DNA from: Geosiphon pyriformis uo1
Lineage: Eukaryota > Fungi > Glomeromycota
Length of the DNA stretch: 40,412 bases
Reading direction: 5' to 3'
Assembly: GCA_016748015.1 (NCBI GenBank)
Contig: JAAOMT010000742.1
Location: forward strand, 1 to 40,412
Both the position numbers and the translations under genes were made by a program. Positions 34,461 through 40,412 of this stretch are shown here, in pieces. How positions within the stretch are numbered: the stretch's first letter is position 1; each line of letters starts with the position of its first letter. The notes below the pieces were generated by a model. That model worked only from the letters and a program-made list of their open reading frames with translations. It was not told the origin of the DNA and did no database searches.

Positions 34461-37400
34461 TTAAGTGTTCAGGTTGGAAGATTGTTCAATGACAACTATT
34501 GGTTCTAAGTTTCGGGGAATATCTTCGGGACTGACCAAAGGGGAATGTGTACCAATTTGTGGAATTAATGGTTCAGAATTGTTTCTGGAATGATAGTGTT
34601 TCAAACGATCTCTATGTGCAACTTTTGCTAGGATTTTGTCATCAAGTCTTAGCTTGTATGATCCATTGCCTAGGACTTCATGGATAAAGAATGGTCCATC
34701 CCATTTATTTTCAAATTTTCCACTCTATTGTTTTTCAGCTTTAGTTCTGTGTAAGAGAACTTTGTTTCCAATTTTGAATTTATTGATGACTGAAGGCAAT
34801 TTGTCATCATGCTGTTCTTTTTGTTGAGCTTGGGAGTGTTCAATATGAGTGGCTGCTATTCGTTGTTTTCCTTCCAATGTACTAAGCAGAGTGTAGGCTC
34901 TTTGTTGAAGCGTTTCTTGGAAATTGTTTTCATTGATTAGTTGTGCTGGGTATGTTTCCACTGTGAAACTAATTGGTAACGTTGCCATTCTTCCATAAGT
35001 TAAATCAAATGGTGTGTGTTTTGTGGTATCTTGTTTTAGTGTTCTGTATGTTAGTAATACTGATGGAATAAAGAGATCCTATTCTTGCTCAAAATCGGTT
35101 AAGACTTTGGCTAATGACTCACACAATGTTCTGTTAAAATGTTCCACAAGTCCGTTTGTTTGTGGATGGTAGGGCGAAGACAGAGGTCTTTTGACATTGA
35201 ATCGTTCACAAATTTCTTGTATCAGGTTGTTCACAAAGTGTGTTTTCTGATCGGATAAAAGTTCAATTGGACATCCATGTCTACAAATAATGTCTTCGTA
35301 GATAAAATTTGCTACTAATTTTACATCTGCTCATTGAATGGCTTTGGCTTTAGGCCATTTAGTAAGATAGTCTACAGCTACTGCAATATAATGGTTTCCT
35401 TGAGTGGTAATAGGTAGTGGTCCGACTAAATTGATACCAACTCTGTCAAAAGACTGTCCAACTTTAATTGGATTTAAAGGTTCTGTAGGGTGAGTTCCTC
35501 CTCTTCTTTGACAACTATCACAAGATTCGACATATTCATGAATGTCTTTTCTCATTCGAGGCCAAAAGTAGTATTCTAGTGTTCATTGGGTGGTGTTATC
35601 TTTTCCGAAGTATGCTGATGAAGGATCCAAGTGCATGTTGTATAAAATAGTCTCTTTTTTCTGTTCTTGTATTAATCTGAATGGTTTGGTTGGGTTTTTG
35701 AAATTTCGATAATAGATAATGTTGTTGTGTAGAAAATATTGTTTGGCTTGTTGTTGTAACCAATGTTTTTCATCTGGGGACCAATCTGTTGGGATTGTTA
35801 ATGTCTCCAAATATTGTTTAAGATTGTTGTAGTTTTCGGGGTTTATTGTTTGTTGTTTTGATGTTGTTAATTCAAATGGGTGTTGGTTTTGTTTCTAATC
35901 TTGCCTCATTCTTGAAAGACAATCAATGTTGGTGTGGAGTTTTCCTGGTTTGTGGTGTATAATGTATTGGTAATTAGCTAAAAATCCTGTCCATTGGGTT
36001 TGTTTTGTGTTCAGCTGGGTGTTTTTGTTTTGAAGCCATTTAAGTCCAATATTATCAGTGATAATATCAAATTCTTTGGGTCTGAGGTAAAGGTTGAAGT
36101 AATGTAGGGCCCAGATTACTGCTGCGGTTTCTAATTCTATTGCGGAGTAGTTTTTTTTGGCTGGCTTTAATGTTCTACTAACATAAGCAATTACTTGCTC
36201 ATTTCCATTGTCATCTAACTGTGATAGGATGGCACCAAAGGCAGTATAAGAAGCATCAGTTGCTAACCGGAATTGGTTGCTGAAGTCTGAGTAGGCGAGA
36301 ATTGGGGCTGTTGTGAGTTTTTCCTTGAGTATCTCGAAGGCATTTTGGTGTTCTTTTGTCCATTTGTATTCAACATTTTTTGTAGTGAGCTGGTTGAGGG
36401 GTTTTGCAATTTCTGAAAATCCTTTGATAAATTTTTGGTAATAGGATGCTAATTCGATAAATCCTCTTAATTCTGTGGTATTTTGTGGAGTCTTGAAGTT
36501 TTTGACAGTACTGATTTTTCCGGGGTCTGGTTTAATTCCATCTTTGCTAACAATGTGACCAAGAAAAGCTAAACTTGTCTTCCCAAAGTAGCATTTTTCA
36601 ATGTTCAGTTTCAATCCTGCTTTCTGTAATCATTGAAAAACTTCTCGCAGGTGAATTAAATATAGCTTGAAAGATGGTGAATAAACATCAGTGTTATTAA
36701 GATAAACTATTACTGATTTCCAAAGGAGGCCTTTGTAAACAACATCCATGAGTCTTTGAAATGTTGCTGGTGCATTGCATAATCCAAAAGGCATTACATT
36801 GAACTCGTAATTTCCTCCTTGAGTGGTGAATGCTGTTTTGGGGCGGTCTTTGGGATCCATAGCAACTTGCCAGTATCCACTCTCTAAATCTAATATTAAA
36901 AAGTATTTGGACTTTCTAAGGGCATCCAACATGTCATCAATTCGGGGAAGAGGATAGGCATCCCCAATGATGACACTGTTGAGTTGTTGGTAATCAACAC
37001 AAAATCGTATCTTTCCATTTTTCTTTTTAACTAGAACCATAAGTAAGGCCCATGGGCTCATTGATGGTTGAATAAGCCCATTGTTAAGCATCCGTTGTAC
37101 TTCTTTTCGGATAAATTGGTGACTTTCTAGAGCAATTCAGTAGGCTTGTTGTCGCCTGGGTTTGGCATCTCTTATATAGATTTAGTGTTGAATCAAATTA
37201 GTTCTTCCTAAGTCATTGTTGTTTTTAGCAAAGATATCAGCAAATTCTGCAATTAGTTCTTTGAGCTGGGTTTGTTGTTGTAGTTCAAGTTGTCCCATGT
37301 TAATTCGAGATAGTTTTTCCATGACAACATGGTAGTTTTCAGAACTAGAGTTTGGGTTGATTTTCAGTAGTGAATGTCCAATAATTTCAGAGAAATCGGG

Positions 37401-40400
37401 GACTGTTTGGGGTAATTCTTGTTGAAATATATTACTGTGAATAACTCCAATTTCTAAATTATTTAATAAAATTATGGGGTAATTATTGGGGTTGTAAAAA
37501 ATAACTCGGACTTTCTTTATTCCTTCTGGGATATAAATGTTTGGAATCAAAATATTATGTTCCAAGCAGACTTGTTTATTGGACTCAAAAATTTGTTGTG
37601 TGGTTGTTGGCTTTATGCAAGTGTAAATTTCTGGATGTTTTCCAAAGGGTGAGATAGTAATCAGTTGTGGAAGTCTAAGAATCTGGTGAGATTTGTTCTG
37701 TGTGTTAAGAGCTATATTAACTGAAACTGTGAATCGTCCAGTTGAACCAAAACCTTGGGTTCCTCTATCGCTTTTTCCTAATTGTTCTCTTTGATTGATT
37801 AGTTGCAAACCCGAAATGTTGATTAAGGGTAGGTAAATAGCTTGGGCAATTTTTTCAGCATGTTCGATCTTGAATGGTTTGTCAGTCTCATTTTGAAGCA
37901 TCACTGTAATGTCTCCAGTATATCCAGCATCAATTATTCCTCCTTTGACATTGATTTCTTTGCTTGCCAGAGAGGACCGAGAGGCAATTTGAACCATTGC
38001 TTCTGGCGGGATTTTGAGTGCAATTTTGAGGTTGATTTTTGTAAGAGATTTGGGTTTGAGAACAAAAGTATCCTTGCCTGGATATCTTAGGTCATATTCA
38101 GCATCAATTTCGTGTGCTTTTTCAGGTTTTATTCCTTGTCCGTTGTTGTTGAAGTATTTAAGTTGTAAGGCAGGCTGATTTTCGATAAGATAGATGGGTG
38201 TTGTTTCAATTTCTTCTGTTTCTTCAAGTTCTCCAAATTCAATTTCATTCTCATCATTTTTGCTGGGCAAAGGGATACTAAAAGCATAGCATTCGGGACA
38301 CCATTGTTCATTGCAAGGCATAATGCATTCTTCACATAGTCTAATGTTCATTTGCTCTAATCATTGAATTTGAGCTTCTTGGGTCGGGTAGGTGTGACTT
38401 GCAATTTGGTGATAGACTTCTACTTCATCTTCGTAATCAAATCCAGCTAATTCTATAGTGTATTCAATGTATTCTGCTTTCTTCATTTGATGAACATTTT
38501 CTTTGGTAGCTCCATTAATTAATGCCATTGCTAAGTTAAAAATCATCTCGGCATTATGAGGGTAGTGATAAAGTTTGTTGAGAGCACTGTTGTATGCTGC
38601 ATTAAAGGGTGTTCCTCTTTTTACTTTTTCTGAAATTGATAAGGCATATTGGCAGGTCTGATCGCAGACACCTCCTCTCATTGCTATATCAATCCAATTG
38701 CATTCTTCTGGTAGCATATCTCTACAAGTCAAACAAGCAGTGTTGTCCTATTTTCTGCTCCTTTTTATTAGATGGTCCCATCGCTCTCTGTGGCAAGCCT
38801 TGCAGTAATAACAAGTATGATTCTCATATTCTTCTTCAGGTGAAATGCAGGCTCCCATTGACGATAATTTCTTGTGGCAGTCCTTACATTTAAGGGGAAT
38901 ATAGGGGCATTGTTTTCTTGGTTCAGGTTTTGAGTAAGGTATATTCCATCCAGAGGTTTCAGGTTTAGTGTGTGTGGTAAAATGTTTTTGTTCTGTTTCA
39001 TCGGCCCAGTTGGACGTTGATCCAAGAGCCATGAATGTTTTAATTATTGGTTTTTTTTCTTTTGGTTCAAATTCAAAAGTCAGGGCTTTTTCAGAGCGTT
39101 TGTTGAATATACCACAAATGGCAGGTATTCGGGTGTGTTGTCCTTGGTAGGAGATTGTTAACTCTTGTGTTTCCCAATTCAGATTAGCATTGGCTTTTTG
39201 AAGCCAATCATTTCCGACAAAAGCTTGATACTGAGGTGCGTCCATTACAAGAACTTTGACTGGAATGGTGATTCCATTAAGAGTGAATAGAAAATTGTCA
39301 ATTTCTCCTACTGGTGTCTTTTTCATGCCATCGGCAGTGACGATTACTGTTTGAGCTGGTTGGTCAACATTTCTTTTCAACTGTTGCATTAACTGGTAGG
39401 TAATAATGCTTCTGGCAAATCCACTGTCTAGGATCAAGCGAATTGGCTTTCCTTCTACTTTAGCTTCTGCGTACATTGCAGTGATGGCTTTTTGCTCATT
39501 AGCCACTGCATTGCTAAGTAAGAATGGTGATTCATTTGCTTCAAATTCAAAAAGAAAGATATTAGAGAGATTGGCGTTTTCAGCAATTCAGGCTGGTGGA
39601 ATAGTGGTGTGGTTATGAAAAGAGTTTTGTTGTTGTTGTGCTGCAGCTCTACCTTCCGAGAGTACAGTATGGTGAAAATCCTGTTCTTCTGGCATTTTTA
39701 AATAACTGGGTTGAGTGTGGTAATGGTTGGGTCTTGATTAAGTGGTATTTCGGGGAACCAATTGGTTGTTCAAACTGATTCTACTGTTGTTTACTTGGTA
39801 TCGGTTTTGTGGTGTAAATTGATTTTGTGTAATCAGTCTTCGAGCAGATACTTAATAATATTGTATGGGTGGTTGTTGGTATTGCTGTTGGATTGGTAGT
39901 GGAGTGGGCTGATAATAGTTATTTTGGTATTGGGATCTTGGTGGATAGTAAGCTGGTGGTAATGATTGATAATAAGATTGCTGTGGTGGAGAGTAACGTT
40001 GATTACCCCTATTTTGTTGGTCTCATTGCAGCTTTCTGCAATCCCTTTTCCAGTGGCCAGAGATTCCACAGTAATGGCAATTCTGAGGCTGGTTATTGGA
40101 AAGTGGTGCAAAGTTATTTTGATTTTGTCTTTGAAGTGGTTGATATCTTTGGGGTTGTTGTTGTTGTTGGTTGGTAAAATAGTTTTCAACCTTCTTTGTG
40201 AGTTGGTCAATTTTTTCCTCAGCTGCTGAGCTGGTTTTTCCAATTGCCAAATTTACAAGTTTTGTATGATTGGCTTCTTCTATGGCCATTTCATATCTTT
40301 TTGCATGCTGTATTGCAGAGTTTAAATCTTCTGGCACATGTGGGTGAACCTTTTTAATTAGTTTATCTTTTAGACCAGCAATAAATTGATCCAAGATTTG

Positions 40401-40412
40401 AGCATTGGAATA
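34461..40412 (-). pseudogene. Ty3/Gypsy gag-pol polyprotein (Gag CCHC, PR, Cys-rich insert, dUTPase, RT, RNase H, IN); single frame with 14 premature stops; 5' end outside the window
   Basis: CHYCGISGHWKRDC; LILDSG; RFCVDY..YPLPRIDD..GYWQ..KTAF..MPFGLCNAPATFQ..VYLNN; TDAS..NYSAIELE..TDN; CDSCQ..GINLVGP..LSDQ..YHPQTNGLVE. Domain order is RT-RH-IN and all ORF pieces are co-frame. Confidence 0.95.
37737..38170 (-). other. dUTPase domain within pol (between protease and RT)
   Basis: All five trimeric dUTPase motifs: DAEYDL (G>E), ASRSSLA, GGIIDAGYTGDI, EKIAQ, RGTQGFGSTG. Confidence 0.93.

Larger units (their letters stand above)
32677..40412 (-). mobile_element. Ty3/Gypsy LTR retrotransposon (continues beyond the window)
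   Basis: gag-pol, ORF3, PPT and 3' LTR in order on the minus strand. Confidence 0.95.

Overview
AT-rich eukaryotic genomic DNA with spliceosomal introns. It is most likely a Glomeromycotina/Mucoromycota fungus; the TE protein families look Geosiphon-like, which is my inference and was not searched. The left 14 kb holds two host genes on the minus strand: a two-exon ARS-binding protein 2 (Abp2) homolog and a multi-exon kelch-repeat single-pass membrane protein interrupted by an assembly gap. The right 26 kb is a nest of dead retroelements: a full-length two-ORF LINE (APE-RT-RNase H-Cys motif), an older 3'-truncated relative, two 5'-truncated 3' fragments, an ORF1-only non-autonomous element, and a Ty3/Gypsy LTR element. 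The Gypsy element carries extra Cys-rich domains, a dUTPase and an accessory ORF that overlaps the PPT/U3, and its 3' LTR abuts a partial LTR of its own family. Main signals: (1) a conserved, covarying multi-stem plus pseudoknot RNA structure starting exactly at the TAG stop of four divergent non-LTR copies, including the ORF1-only element; (2) a repeat-restricted C>T/G>A hypermutation signature at both CpG and CpA (RIP-like); (3) tandem covarying hairpin units and a phased palindromic array in the LTR. All alignments, structures and counts were done by eye.
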